This document shows, piece after piece, positions 30,282 to 41,698 of a stretch of DNA of 64,000 nt. The position numbers and the translations under genes were made by a program. The notes under the pieces are model-generated. The model did no database searches, was not told the DNA's origin, and was given only the letters and a program-made list of their open reading frames with translations. The stretch lies in contig CAWJVO010000006.1 of NCBI GenBank assembly GCA_963846325.1, positions 34,514 to 98,513 on the forward strand, in the 5' to 3' direction. This DNA is from an uncultured bacterium. GTDB lineage: Bacteria > Krumholzibacteriota > Krumholzibacteriia > Krumholzibacteriales > Krumholzibacteriaceae. How positions within the stretch are numbered: position 1 is the stretch's first letter; every line of letters starts with the position of its first letter.

Positions 30282-30529
30282 TCGGTGTCCTTGAACTTCG
30301 CGAGATCGACGACGACGTGATAATCCTCGCCCGCACGATCGAGCTCCACCGCCGCCCCGCGCGTCTGGAAGTAATTGCTGATGTCCTCCGCCGCCTCCCG
30401 GCTCGAAACGATTACCCTCATTCGCCTGGCTTCGAGCGTCTTGATGCGCTTCTTCACGATGAGAAGCGGCCCGGGGGACTTGAGGCCCCGCGCAACGACG
30501 CGCTCTTCGTCGCCGTTTACGGAATTCAT
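30278..30529 (-). CDS. TusA/SirA-fold protein lacking the catalytic cysteine
   Basis: GLKSPGPLL aligns to the TusA GL(R/K)CPxP motif with Ser in place of Cys, and the 83-aa protein has no Cys at all. Its stop overlaps the leuS ATG (ATGA). Confidence 0.7.
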
Positions 30530-30578
30530 CGATCCATCCTATCCGGGAGCGCGCCGCGCGCGCTCCGCAGGCACGCCA

Positions 30579-30914
30579 TCAGGCGGTCCCGAGCAGCTTC
30601 GCGAGCTTTTCTTCGATGTCCTCGCGCGAAACCGAGCCGACCGCCTGATCGACCACTTCTCCTTCGTGGAAGAAGAGAAGCGTCGGGATGCTCCGCACCG
30701 CGAAACGCGAAGCCGTTCCCCCGCACTCGTTCACGTCCACCTTATAGAATGACACCTTTCCGTCGTAGCGTTCCGCGATATCCTCGATGACGTCGTCGAG
30801 CCTGCGGCACGGTCCGCACCAGGTCGCCCAGAAATCGACGACGCTCGGCTTGCCGGAGTCGATGATTCTTCCGGGCAGATCCGCATCCGTGACCTTCATT
30901 ACCTTTGTCGACAT
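30579..30914 (-). CDS. trxA: thioredoxin
   Basis: Active site WATWCGPC. 111 aa. Confidence 0.95.
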   Translation of the reverse strand: MSTKVMKVTDADLPGRIIDSGKPSVVDFWATWCGPCRRLDDVIEDIAERYDGKVSFYKVDVNECGGTASRFAVRSIPTLLFFHEGEVVDQAVGSVSREDIEEKLAKLLGTA

Positions 30915-30953
30915 ATGCCCCCTTCGCCCTCTTCCTTTCGAACCCGCAGCCGC

Positions 30954-31979
30954 TCATGCCGCCATGAGCGGGTATTCCACGTACGCTCCCTTGAACGAAT
31001 GCATGAACGCGCCGACGAGAAGCGCTTCCTCCGGAAAGGAGCTCGTCTTGAGAAGAAGCTCCGCTCGCCGCAGGTTTTCGAGCCACACGACGATCTCCCG
31101 CGCGCTGAACGCCTGCGCCGCCCGCCTCGACCGCTCGTACCGGTATCCCCCCTGCCCCACTCCCGATTTCGCCTTGAGGAGATCGAGAAAGTGGCGCGTG
31201 AGCTGGTATATGATTCCGGCGGGGCGTTCCGCCCCGCTCCGGATGATACGATGCAGAATCGCAAGCGATCGCGCCTCCCGCCCCGGCCCGATGCTCTCGA
31301 CGAGATCGCGGATCGCGTTGAGCCGGAAGTTTCCGATCACGGCCGCCAGATCGGCCACGCCGACGCGGCGTTCCCCGTAGAGCAGCGACAGCTTCACGAT
31401 CTCGTTTTTCAGATCGTACAGATCGTCTCCGACGCTCCGGACGAGCGCGTCGGCCGCCTCGGCGTCGAGCTCGACCCCGCCGTGCTTCGCCTCCTGCGAG
31501 ACCCAGGTCCGCACGTCGGCGTCCGTCAAACGGTCGAAAGCGAGCGTTTTCCCCGCGCGCCCCACCGCGGTCTTGAGCTTGTCGAATTCCTTCGAATCGC
31601 GCGCCCTGCCTCTCCCCTCGTCGAACGGATTATACAGAAATATGACGACGCTCGACGGAACCGGATTTTCGCAGTAGGCGACGAGCTTCTTCCAGCCCCC
31701 CCGCAGCTTCTCGAGCTCCCGCAGAACGAGGACGCGACAGTCCGAAAGAAACGGGAACGACGACGCCGTCGCGATGAATTCGTCCACTTTCATCTCGCTC
31801 CCGTACGCGACGGCGTAGTTGAACGCCTTGAGATCGTCGGGAACGATCGTCGCCGCGATCCTCTCCGCCATCCGTTCCATGATATAGCTCTCGGGGCCGT
31901 GGAGAAGATAGAGGCTCACGATATCGCGGCGCTCGACGTCGTTGAATATCTTCCGGTAATGCGTCAGATTCGATTTCAC
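30954..31979 (-). CDS. holA: DNA polymerase III delta subunit
   Basis: HolA-like N-terminus (LYLLHGPESYIMER...) and family-typical length. Sits directly downstream of an LptE-like gene, as in many diderms. Confidence 0.82.
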   Translation of the reverse strand: MKSNLTHYRKIFNDVERRDIVSLYLLHGPESYIMERMAERIAATIVPDDLKAFNYAVAYGSEMKVDEFIATASSFPFLSDCRVLVLRELEKLRGGWKKLVAYCENPVPSSVVIFLYNPFDEGRGRARDSKEFDKLKTAVGRAGKTLAFDRLTDADVRTWVSQEAKHGGVELDAEAADALVRSVGDDLYDLKNEIVKLSLLYGERRVGVADLAAVIGNFRLNAIRDLVESIGPGREARSLAILHRIIRSGAERPAGIIYQLTRHFLDLLKAKSGVGQGGYRYERSRRAAQAFSAREIVVWLENLRRAELLLKTSSFPEEALLVGAFMHSFKGAYVEYPLMAA

Positions 31980-31982
31980 GCG

Positions 31983-32486
31983 TCACCACTCCTGCGCCGT
32001 CGCGTTCAGGATGCCTTCGACGATATCCTTGTACACCTCTTCGAGAGCCCTATCATAGGTGCGTTCCGTCGTCGTTTCAAGGTAGTAATCGCTGTGCGCT
32101 TCGATTCTTCGATCCTTCCAGACGTACGTATTGTCCTTCGGGTTGAAGAGCGAAGCGAGCAGAACGATCGCGAGGCGGTACTGATCCGCCTGGAGCTCCG
32201 TGTTGAACGTGTAGGGAACGTTTCCGTATTCGACGACGGTAGCCTCGAGAATGGCGTCCGCCTCCGCCTCCGCGACGACCTTGAGGGTGTTGTCCCTTAT
32301 GAGCCCCGCGCGCAGGTTGTCCGTGATCTGGGTCTCTATATCGGGCTGGGCCGTTTCGTTCGCGAGGTTCGGAATCGCTATCTTCTTGATATCGCCCGCA
32401 GTCCGTCCCTTCGTGCTGTAATGGCCGCACGCCGGCGCGAACGCGAGAAACGCCGCGGCCGCGATGATGCCCCATGAACGCCGCAT
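31983..32486 (-). CDS. lptE: LptE-like outer-membrane lipoprotein
   Basis: Signal peptide ending ...FAPAC (lipobox-like), about 165 aa, and the conserved position immediately upstream of holA. The sequence-level call is weak. Confidence 0.55.
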   Translation of the reverse strand: MRRSWGIIAAAAFLAFAPACGHYSTKGRTAGDIKKIAIPNLANETAQPDIETQITDNLRAGLIRDNTLKVVAEAEADAILEATVVEYGNVPYTFNTELQADQYRLAIVLLASLFNPKDNTYVWKDRRIEAHSDYYLETTTERTYDRALEEVYKDIVEGILNATAQEW

Positions 32487-32499
32487 ACCGCTTGCGAAT

Positions 32500-33883
<1,384 letters not shown>

Positions 33884-33909
<26 letters not shown>

Positions 33910-35995
33910 ACGAACCTCCCTTCCTCGGTCGCGCGATCGGCAGGTATACCCTGAACGAAGTTCCCTTGCCCGGAGCCGAAGAAACGGAAATGCGCCCGTG
34001 GTGATGCTGCACGACGCTCTGGCTCACGAAAAGGCCGAGGCCGGTACCGCCCTTCTTCCGCGAGAAGAACGGCTCGAATATCTTCTCCTTGTCCTCAGGC
34101 GCGATTCCCGCGCCGTCGTCCGTGATCTCGAAACACACCATATCGCGATCTTTCTCCCTCACGACGTCGGGGTCTCCACCGTCATAGAGTCTCCCCGCGA
34201 CCGAAACGGACCCGCCCGGAGACACCGCCTCCGCGGCGTTCTTGAGCAGGTTTATGAGCACCTGCATGATCTGGTCGGGATCGACTTCGACCAGGGGAAC
34301 ATTATCGTCAACGACCGCCGTAAAAGCAATTCCCTTGTTCTTGAACTGGTCCTCGAGCGACCGCCGGCTGCGCTCGATGAGACTCTGGACGCTCGTCTTC
34401 TGGCAGAGAAGATCGCTCGGCTTGGCGACCTTGAAGAGATCGGTGATGATCCGGTTGAGCCTGTCGACCTCGGCGAGGATAAAGGAGATATTCTCGCGAT
34501 GCTCCGCGCTCAGCCCCTGCGACCGGTTGATATACTGAATGCCGGCGGCGATGCCGGTGAGGGGATTCCTGATCTCGTGCGCGACGGCGGAGGTGAAGCG
34601 CCCGAGAACGGCGAGGCGGTCGAGATAGCGTATCTCCTCCTCCATTCGCTTGATCTCGCTCATATCGATGAACTCGATAATGGCGCCCTGCACGTCGCCG
34701 TCCTCCCCGGAGAGCGCGGACGCCGTCAATCTGATCGGCATATGAATGCCGTCCTTGCGCCGGAGATACCCGTCGACGTAGGTGAGCGGCGAGCCGCTCT
34801 CGAGCACCGGAGACACGAGAGATTTCCTCGTTCCGCCCGCCATTTCCCCGATAATGATATCGTCGATTCTGAGGCCCCGTATCTGCCGCTGCTTGAATTG
34901 GCTCATGTCGCGCGCGGTGCGATTCGCGAGGGTCACGTTGCCGTCCCTGTCGGCGACGAAGACGCCGTTCAGCATCCCCTCGATGACCCGCTCCCTGAAC
35001 AGCTCCTCCTGGCGAAGCTCCTGGTACAGGTACCAGTTCTCCATGTTCGAGCTGACGAGCGATCCCACCGTTTCGAGCGTCACCTGGTCGATGTTCGTGA
35101 GGGGAGTCGCCCGGTATCCGTCCGAGACGATGAGCGCCCCGAGGAGCGGAATCTCGCCGCACGAGAGGCATTCCTCGCTGCGCAGGTACGGAATCTCCTG
35201 CGGGGCTTGCCCCGGGGGGGGCGCGGTCTGCTTGAGGGGACAGTCCTCGTTCTCGTAGCAATCGATCGTTTCGGTCGATTTCATGAGGGGAACGCACAGG
35301 TACGAGGTCATGGTGCTCCCCGGAAAGACCTGCTCCCCGGCGACGGTGAAGAGCGGATGCATCTCGGCATCCTTGATGAGGAAGGGTTTGCCCGAGAGGA
35401 ACGAATCGTATACGGCGCTCGTGAGATCCCCGAAACCGAAATTGAGCACCCGCCGGATGACGCGCGAGGGGCGCTCGATCGTGACGATCGCCTGGAACGA
35501 CCTCTTTTTTCTGCGAAGGATGATAAAGGCCGCTTCCTTGTAGCCGATGCCTCGATTCAGGTACTCGAAGACCGAATCGATGAGCCGATGCTCGTCGAGG
35601 GAGCTGATAATCGTTCTCCCGATCTCCTTGAGGCTCAGGAGCTGGATGTTCTTCTCGACGAGCCTGAAGAGCGACCGTTCGAGGTCGCCGAGGAGAGTCA
35701 TGATCATCCGGTAGAAGACGTCCTCGTCCGATCCCTTCACCTTCTCCTCGATGACGAGCCCCTCGCTCCTGAGGTTGGTGAGGCGCAGGTTGATCGCCTC
35801 CATCTTCGCGCGGTGATCGGATCGACGGCGCATGATCGCGGCCGCGGCGATACCGCAGCCGAGCGGCACGCAGATCCATACGGGAATCGCGAGCGTGGCG
35901 AGAAGAAGCAGGCAGAATCCCGCGGATATAAAGATGATGTCTCGATAAAGCCTCATATGATCACTGGGGGGCGAGTATACGGAGGCGCGTCGCAT
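33884..35995 (-). CDS. sensor histidine kinase (2 TM, GAF-like, PAS, HisKA, HATPase_c)
   Basis: H-box SAVAHEIRNPLTGI. N-box NLLKNAAEA. G-boxes DDGAGI and GTGLGLFVS. Overlaps the regulator gene by 26 nt. An alternative start is ATG 35956. Confidence 0.9.
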
Positions 35996-36072
35996 CCGGT
36001 CAAGCTAATCCATCCCGTGATCGATGGACCGCGGGGAGAATGCGATCGGCGAACGGGGGAAGATGTGCGCCG

Positions 36073-36879
36073 TCAGCAGGCTCCCTTGCCCGTGACGACG
36101 ACGTAGACCGTCTTGAAGAGGATGCGGATCTCCTGCGCCAGGGAGAGATTCGCGATGTACTTGAGATCGTAGAAGAGCTTGCCCTTCATTTCACCGATGG
36201 TCTTCGTATAGCCGTTTTCGACCTGGGCGAGACCCGTGATGCCCGGCTTCACCATCAAACGCATCGTGAACTCCGGGACCTCGCGCTTGACCTGATTGAT
36301 ATAGAAGGATCGCTCCGGTCTCGGTCCGATGAAGCTCATGTCCCCCCGGATCACGTTGATGAACTGCGGAATCTCGTCGATGCGCGTCTTCCGCATAAAA
36401 CGCCCGACGCGGGTGATGCGGGGGTCGTTCGCGCACGCGAGCTTCGGCCCGCCTTTTTCGGCGTCCTGGACCATCGTCCTGAACTTGTAAATCATGAAAG
36501 GTTTGCCCGCGTTGATATCCCTGCGCCTCTCCGCGCCCAAGCGCGCGTTCGAGCCGATCGCTTCGGCCGCGCGGCGCCTCTCTTCCCTGCGCCGGTTGAT
36601 CCCTATTCTCTCCTGCTTGTAGAAAATCGATCCCTTCGAATCGAGCCGAATGGCTATCGCCGCGAGGAGTATGACGGGAGAAACGAGCGCCAGCGCAACA
36701 GACGCGACCGCGACGTCGAAGACGCGCTTCGCGAGGAGGGCGCTTCCGATCCTCTTCGACGCCTCGTACTGGATGACGTCCGCCTGGCTCGCGATATCTT
36801 CGGCGAGCGGCTCGAATCGCCGTTCATACGCAAAGTAATCGCCCGTCTGATCGAGCGCGGTTCTATGAAAAACGGACAT
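36073..36879 (-). CDS. polyprenyl-phosphate glycosyl-1-phosphate transferase (bacterial sugar transferase, EPS priming enzyme)
   Basis: Single N-terminal TM and the conserved C-terminal catalytic block DEIPQFINVIRGDMSFIGPRPE. Confidence 0.9.
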   Translation of the reverse strand: MSVFHRTALDQTGDYFAYERRFEPLAEDIASQADVIQYEASKRIGSALLAKRVFDVAVASVALALVSPVILLAAIAIRLDSKGSIFYKQERIGINRRREERRRAAEAIGSNARLGAERRRDINAGKPFMIYKFRTMVQDAEKGGPKLACANDPRITRVGRFMRKTRIDEIPQFINVIRGDMSFIGPRPERSFYINQVKREVPEFTMRLMVKPGITGLAQVENGYTKTIGEMKGKLFYDLKYIANLSLAQEIRILFKTVYVVVTGKGAC

Positions 36880-36950
36880 TCAACAAGCCTTTCACGATGC
36901 AGACCAAGTTATACTAGTGCACAGAGTCCTACCGCTTTTGGCCACATAAT

Positions 36951-36966
36951 CGCAATAATCGTTCCT
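36951..36966 (-). promoter_or_regulatory. sigma54-type -24/-12 promoter candidate
   Basis: Minus-strand AGGAAC-GATTA-TTGCG with GG-N10-GC spacing (9/12 of TGGCACG-N4-TTGCW). It lies about 70 nt upstream of the sugar transferase ATG, in a 310-nt low-GC spacer. Confidence 0.35.
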
Positions 36967-37188
36967 GATTGGCGATCTTCTCGTCAACCCGGTTTATCCA
37001 TCAGATGAAATGGGTTAAGGCGTTGCAATTAAACACTATAAAAAACGAGGAGCTACTTCGGGCGGATTCGAAGACCGGAATTGATACCTGTGAGCTCGAC
37101 AATAATTTGGGACTTTTCCCCTATCCTTCTGGCGGTGTTGGGTATTATCGCCCAACAGTCGGCGGGTCGATCGTGGACGCCGAAGGCC

Positions 37189-37914
37189 TCACCCGCCCCC
37201 TCCGGGCTTCTTTTTTCCATCTTCCTGCTCGCGGTAGCCGTAGTACTTGTAATCGTAGTAGTACGGAAGCACTTCGGAGAGATTGTTGACGACGACGCCG
37301 AGCAGATTCGCGTTCGCGTCAAGGAGGATATCCCGCGCTCGCGTCGCCACGTGGCGGGGAGTCTTGCCTGCGAGGAGAACGAGAATGACGCCGTCAACCT
37401 CGCTCGAGATGAGCATCGGGTCGCTCACGGGAATCACGGGCGCCGAATCGACGATCACGATGTCATAGTAGAAACGGATCTTCTTGAAGATCTCGGACAG
37501 GATATCCCCCTCGAAGAGATGGGCCGGAGAGGCGATGCGCGAACCGGCAGGAATCACCTTCAGGTTCTCCACGGGGGTATCCTTGACGACGTCGAGCGGA
37601 TCCGCCTTCCCCTGGAGGCATTCGAGCAAGCCGGGTTCTTTCGCCACGCCGAAGACGTTATGAAGCCGCGGGCGCCTGAGATCGGCGTCCACGATGAGCG
37701 ATTTCTTCCCCTTGAATCGCGCGACCGTCAAGGCGAGATGGGAGGCGATCGTGCTCTTCCCCTCGCCCCGGTGGGCGCTCGTCACGAGAAAGCTCCGCAG
37801 ATCCGGCTTGCCGTGCAAATGCCTGATATTCGAGTAGAGCCTCCGCATCTCGGTCGCCATGGGGCTTTCCTGGTCGAAAACGTTGTAGATGGTCTTCTTC
37901 TCGGTTTCGCTCAT
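37189..37914 (-). CDS. polysaccharide co-polymerase tyrosine autokinase (BY-kinase, stand-alone catalytic subunit)
   Basis: Walker A SAHRGEGKST. Walker A' VDADLRRP. C-terminal tyrosine cluster PYYYDYKYYGY. ATGA overlap with the upstream gene. Confidence 0.88.
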   Translation of the reverse strand: MSETEKKTIYNVFDQESPMATEMRRLYSNIRHLHGKPDLRSFLVTSAHRGEGKSTIASHLALTVARFKGKKSLIVDADLRRPRLHNVFGVAKEPGLLECLQGKADPLDVVKDTPVENLKVIPAGSRIASPAHLFEGDILSEIFKKIRFYYDIVIVDSAPVIPVSDPMLISSEVDGVILVLLAGKTPRHVATRARDILLDANANLLGVVVNNLSEVLPYYYDYKYYGYREQEDGKKKPGGGG

Positions 37915-39593
37915 TCCTGAACCTCTGTCGCCGGCTTATCGTCCCTGAGCTCCACGCCGAGCCCGCTCGCCTTCAGGCGATTCGCGTACAGGTACAGCGC
38001 ACCCGATAGTATGGAGATGAATAACGTCACCCCGACGATCCAGGATATGATAACGACCCCGCGCTGCTTCTTCTCCCACGAGAAACCGGCCTCCATTTTG
38101 GGAACGGTGCCGAGGACCGGCGTCCTCAGGACGCGTTCGACCTCCTCGATCGACCTGAACGAATCGTCGACATATTCGGTGACGATGACCGCGCCGAGCC
38201 CGCAGACGCCGCCGAATATCACGGCGAGAAGCATGATCTTGAGCGGGTTCGGCTTGACCGGCGCGAGCGGCTTTTCGGCCCGTTCGATGATGTTCATGCC
38301 GAGCCCCAGATCGGTCGTCTGAGCGGCCTCGTCGATCCGGGCCGATGTCTTCGACTCGAGAAACGCCCGGTAAATCGCCTTGTTCGTCTCGACGTCCTGT
38401 GTAAGCCGGTTGATTTCCCTTTCGAGACTCGGACGCCTTCCGTAGCTCTTCGTGTACTGCTCGATATAGCCCTGGAGCTTCCGGTTGATGAACTGACTGT
38501 AGTCGTTGATGGATCGCTGATAATAATATTCGACGATGAGCGGATAGACGTCCGGCGAGAGATTGCGGTATTCGCCTCGAACGATTTCGCCGATCCTCGC
38601 CCTGAGGGCCGTCGACGCCTCGTTGTAGCGGTCAGGCGGCATCGGCGCCTGCTGGCTGCCGCCGAGATCGCGCAGGAGCTTTTCCTCGCCGTAGGCGACG
38701 AGCTTGTTCTCGCAGTTGCGCACGGTCTCGTCCGACGAGATCAGGTCCGACGAGGGGACGAGATCCAGAAGGTCGACGAGCCTCTGCCGCACCCGCTTGA
38801 GGGCGATGCCGCTCCGGTCCGCCTCCGCGCCGACCGTTTGCTTGAGCGCGCGGGCGAAATTGACGTTCGCCGAGTTCACGGGATTGTTTTCGATCTCGCT
38901 GTCGGACATCGCGAGCTTGATCCGCGCGAGCTCCTTTTCCGAGGCCTCGAGCTTCTCCTTGTAGATCGCGAGCTGCTCGTCGCTGAAGGCGCCGGCCTGC
39001 CTGATGCCCTGAATCTGATCCTGCCGCGACACGGCGATGAACGTCTCGGCGACGCGCTCGGCGAGCTTGTAGGCGGTCGTCGGATCCGTGTCGTACACCC
39101 CTATCGTGAAGAACCCGGGCATGGGGCTCACGACCTCGATCTTTTCCTTGAGAACACCGACGAGGTGGCGCATGACGAGCTCGTCGAGCGGCACGCCGCC
39201 CGGATTCTTGCCCGACGAGAGCTCCACGTACCTCCGCACCTTGTCGGATCGCTGAAGATTGAGATCATGAACGATGATCTTGAGGAAGTCGTTGCTCGTC
39301 ACCCTCGTTTCGATCATCGACCGCACCTGTTGGTTGAGCATCTGGCTGCGGTTGTCCGCCGAGGGAACGTACCTTTCTATCGTCGGAGATATGATGCCCC
39401 TATCCTCCATCGAAAGCATCGTGTGCGATTCGTATATGGGGGTCAGGCGCCGCACGCCGACGACCGCGATGAGCGCCGACAGCGCGAGCGGCACGATGAG
39501 GTAGAATCTTTTCCGCCAGAACACCTTCCAGTAAGCGTGAAGGTTGATCCTGTTCGGATCCTCCGCGGGCGTCACTTTCCTGACATTCTCCAC
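37911..39593 (-). CDS. polysaccharide chain-length determinant (Wzz/GumC-like, PCP family)
   Basis: N-terminal TM (FYLIVPLALSALIAVVGV), a long coiled-coil periplasmic region, and C-terminal TMs (IMLLAVIFGGVCGLGAV). Sits directly upstream of the BY-kinase. Confidence 0.8.
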   Translation of the reverse strand: MENVRKVTPAEDPNRINLHAYWKVFWRKRFYLIVPLALSALIAVVGVRRLTPIYESHTMLSMEDRGIISPTIERYVPSADNRSQMLNQQVRSMIETRVTSNDFLKIIVHDLNLQRSDKVRRYVELSSGKNPGGVPLDELVMRHLVGVLKEKIEVVSPMPGFFTIGVYDTDPTTAYKLAERVAETFIAVSRQDQIQGIRQAGAFSDEQLAIYKEKLEASEKELARIKLAMSDSEIENNPVNSANVNFARALKQTVGAEADRSGIALKRVRQRLVDLLDLVPSSDLISSDETVRNCENKLVAYGEEKLLRDLGGSQQAPMPPDRYNEASTALRARIGEIVRGEYRNLSPDVYPLIVEYYYQRSINDYSQFINRKLQGYIEQYTKSYGRRPSLEREINRLTQDVETNKAIYRAFLESKTSARIDEAAQTTDLGLGMNIIERAEKPLAPVKPNPLKIMLLAVIFGGVCGLGAVIVTEYVDDSFRSIEEVERVLRTPVLGTVPKMEAGFSWEKKQRGVVIISWIVGVTLFISILSGALYLYANRLKASGLGVELRDDKPATEVQE

Positions 39594-39605
39594 GTGGCTC
39601 CCTCT

Positions 39606-40658
39606 CTATTGAGAATAGATGACGATCGCCGCCACCGTGGCCGACGTCGAGACGAGCGCGAGGAAGAAGTTGGGATTCGCAACGGCGGCCCAGAAGGAAC
39701 TGCTCCGCGGGACGTTCACCGTATCGTTCGGAAGAATCGGCGGGTTGTGCTTGATATCTCCGTTTTCGAGATAGCGCTTGAGATTGACCGGGATCCTCGT
39801 CGTCTTCCCGTCCGCATTCAGACGGATGATCGTCACCTTGCTCAGGCGGGCGTTCTCCGTCGGCCCGCCCGCCGCGAGGATGGCGTCGACGAGCTTCTTC
39901 TCCTGCGTCAGGGCGTAGGAAGCGGGGCGAACGACCGCTCCGAAGACGTTCACCGCCCCCGTCCCGGAATAGGAAGCCGTGCGTTCCGGCACGATGACCG
40001 CATCCCCCGGCTTCAGCGCGGGAAGCGAGCTGAGGTTTCCCGAATCGAGCGCCTGCTGCAGATTGACGAGGGTCGTCGTGCTGCCTTCGTTCGATGTCCT
40101 GACGATGCGGACGCCGTCAAGAGACGCGGTCGCCAGGGCGCCTCCCGCCTCCTTGATCGCGTCCCATACCGAGGGGGCGCCCCCGAGCTCGTACTTCCCG
40201 GGGCGGGCCACCTGACCCTGCACGTAGATGACCCTTCGCGCGTCTTCCCCCTGGAGGCCGAGCGTGATGCTCTGGATGCTCGGATAGATATCCTGGAGAG
40301 AACGGAGCAGCGCGCCTCGCGCCTCTTCGAGCGTGAGGCCCTCGACGCGGATCGATCCCACGATGGGGAGATTCACGTCTCCTTTCGCGTCGACGGTGAG
40401 CAGCCGCCCCAGATCGTCGCGCTGGGGAACATCGAGCCTGATCGAATCCCCTCTTCGCAGGCGCACATCCTGCGCCGAGATGACCGCGGCGACGAGAATC
40501 GCGATCATGCATATCGCCGCGATCGCATAGATTCTTTTTCTTTTCAATTCGGGTGCCGCCTTTCGTGCATGCGCCAGGTATCCTATAGTCCCGGCGCGCC
40601 GGCTGTAAAGAGAAAACGCCGCCGGGAATCTACGCGCGCGCCGACCGGTACCACGCAA
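39606..40658 (-). CDS. polysaccharide export protein (Wza-like, Poly_export plus SLBB domains)
   Basis: Motifs DVNLPIVGSIRVEGLT and repeated SLBB-like GAV.RPG.Y segments. Start is uncertain: the maximal ORF overlaps the epimerase by 29 nt, and a TTG at 40547 is an alternative. Confidence 0.82.
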   Translation of the reverse strand: MRGTGRRARRFPAAFSLYSRRAGTIGYLAHARKAAPELKRKRIYAIAAICMIAILVAAVISAQDVRLRRGDSIRLDVPQRDDLGRLLTVDAKGDVNLPIVGSIRVEGLTLEEARGALLRSLQDIYPSIQSITLGLQGEDARRVIYVQGQVARPGKYELGGAPSVWDAIKEAGGALATASLDGVRIVRTSNEGSTTTLVNLQQALDSGNLSSLPALKPGDAVIVPERTASYSGTGAVNVFGAVVRPASYALTQEKKLVDAILAAGGPTENARLSKVTIIRLNADGKTTRIPVNLKRYLENGDIKHNPPILPNDTVNVPRSSSFWAAVANPNFFLALVSTSATVAAIVIYSQ

Positions 40659-41568
40659 TCGTCCGCCGAAGCCCCTCGTCGAAAGGAACCGCGACCTTGT
40701 AGCCGATGAGCTTCTCCGCCGCCGAAATATCGGCGTGCGAATGCTTGACGTCCCCCTCCCGCGGCTCGGCGTATCGGGGCGAAACCGACGAACCCATGAT
40801 GCTGCGCATCTGATCGAAGAGCTCGTTCAGCGTGTAGCGCGTTCCGCACGCCACGTTGATCGTCTGCCCCCGGGCGCCCCCGCATAGCGACGCCAGTATA
40901 TTCGCCTCGACGACGTTTTCGACGAAGGTAAAATCCCTGCTCTGCTCGCCGTCGCCGAATATGGTCGGCTGTGTTCCCGCCATGAGGTGAGAGACGAATA
41001 TCGGGATAACGGCCGCGTACTGGCTCTTGGGATCCTGGCGCGGCCCGAAGATGTTGAAGTAGCGGAGCGACACGGTCGACATCCCGTACACGTGCGCGTA
41101 GACCGCGCAGTAATACTCCCCCATGAGCTTGCTCGCCGCGTAAGGAGAAAGCGGCTTCGGCGCCATGCTCTCCTCTTTCGGGAGCCGCTCCGTGTCGCCG
41201 TACGCGGATGAGGAGGCGGCGTACACGAACCGCTTGACGCCCGCTCGACGGGCTTCGTCGAGCATGACGAGCGTCCCCCGCACGTTCACGTCGGTCACGA
41301 ACACGGGGTCCTCGATGCTGCGGGGGACCGACGCGAGGGCCGCTTCGTGGAGAACGTAATCGACGCCGGCGAGCGCCTCGCGAACCGTTCCCGCGTCGCG
41401 CACGTCCCCCTTGATGAAGGTGAGATCGTTCCGCAGATGCGCGATGTTCTTTTCGTATCCGGTCGCGAGATTATCGAGAACGACGACCTCTTCGCCCCGC
41501 TTGACGAGCGCCTCGGCGATGTTCGATCCGATGAATCCGGCTCCACCCGTGACGAGATAACGTGCCAT
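40630..41568 (-). CDS. NAD-dependent nucleotide-sugar epimerase/dehydratase (extended SDR)
   Basis: Rossmann motif VTGGAGFIGSN. Catalytic YAASK. RBS GGAGGA before MARYLV. Confidence 0.9.
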   Translation of the reverse strand: MARYLVTGGAGFIGSNIAEALVKRGEEVVVLDNLATGYEKNIAHLRNDLTFIKGDVRDAGTVREALAGVDYVLHEAALASVPRSIEDPVFVTDVNVRGTLVMLDEARRAGVKRFVYAASSSAYGDTERLPKEESMAPKPLSPYAASKLMGEYYCAVYAHVYGMSTVSLRYFNIFGPRQDPKSQYAAVIPIFVSHLMAGTQPTIFGDGEQSRDFTFVENVVEANILASLCGGARGQTINVACGTRYTLNELFDQMRSIMGSSVSPRYAEPREGDVKHSHADISAAEKLIGYKVAVPFDEGLRRTIAWYRSARA

Positions 41569-41698
41569 AGATCCTCCGTGTTTCCAGCGACCGGGCATCC
41601 GCCCGTCTCGATCGCGCCCACCGCGCGTTCAACGGGCCTCCGAAACACCCCGACGACGGCGGTCATGATACACCGCATCGGGAGAAATATTCAACCTG

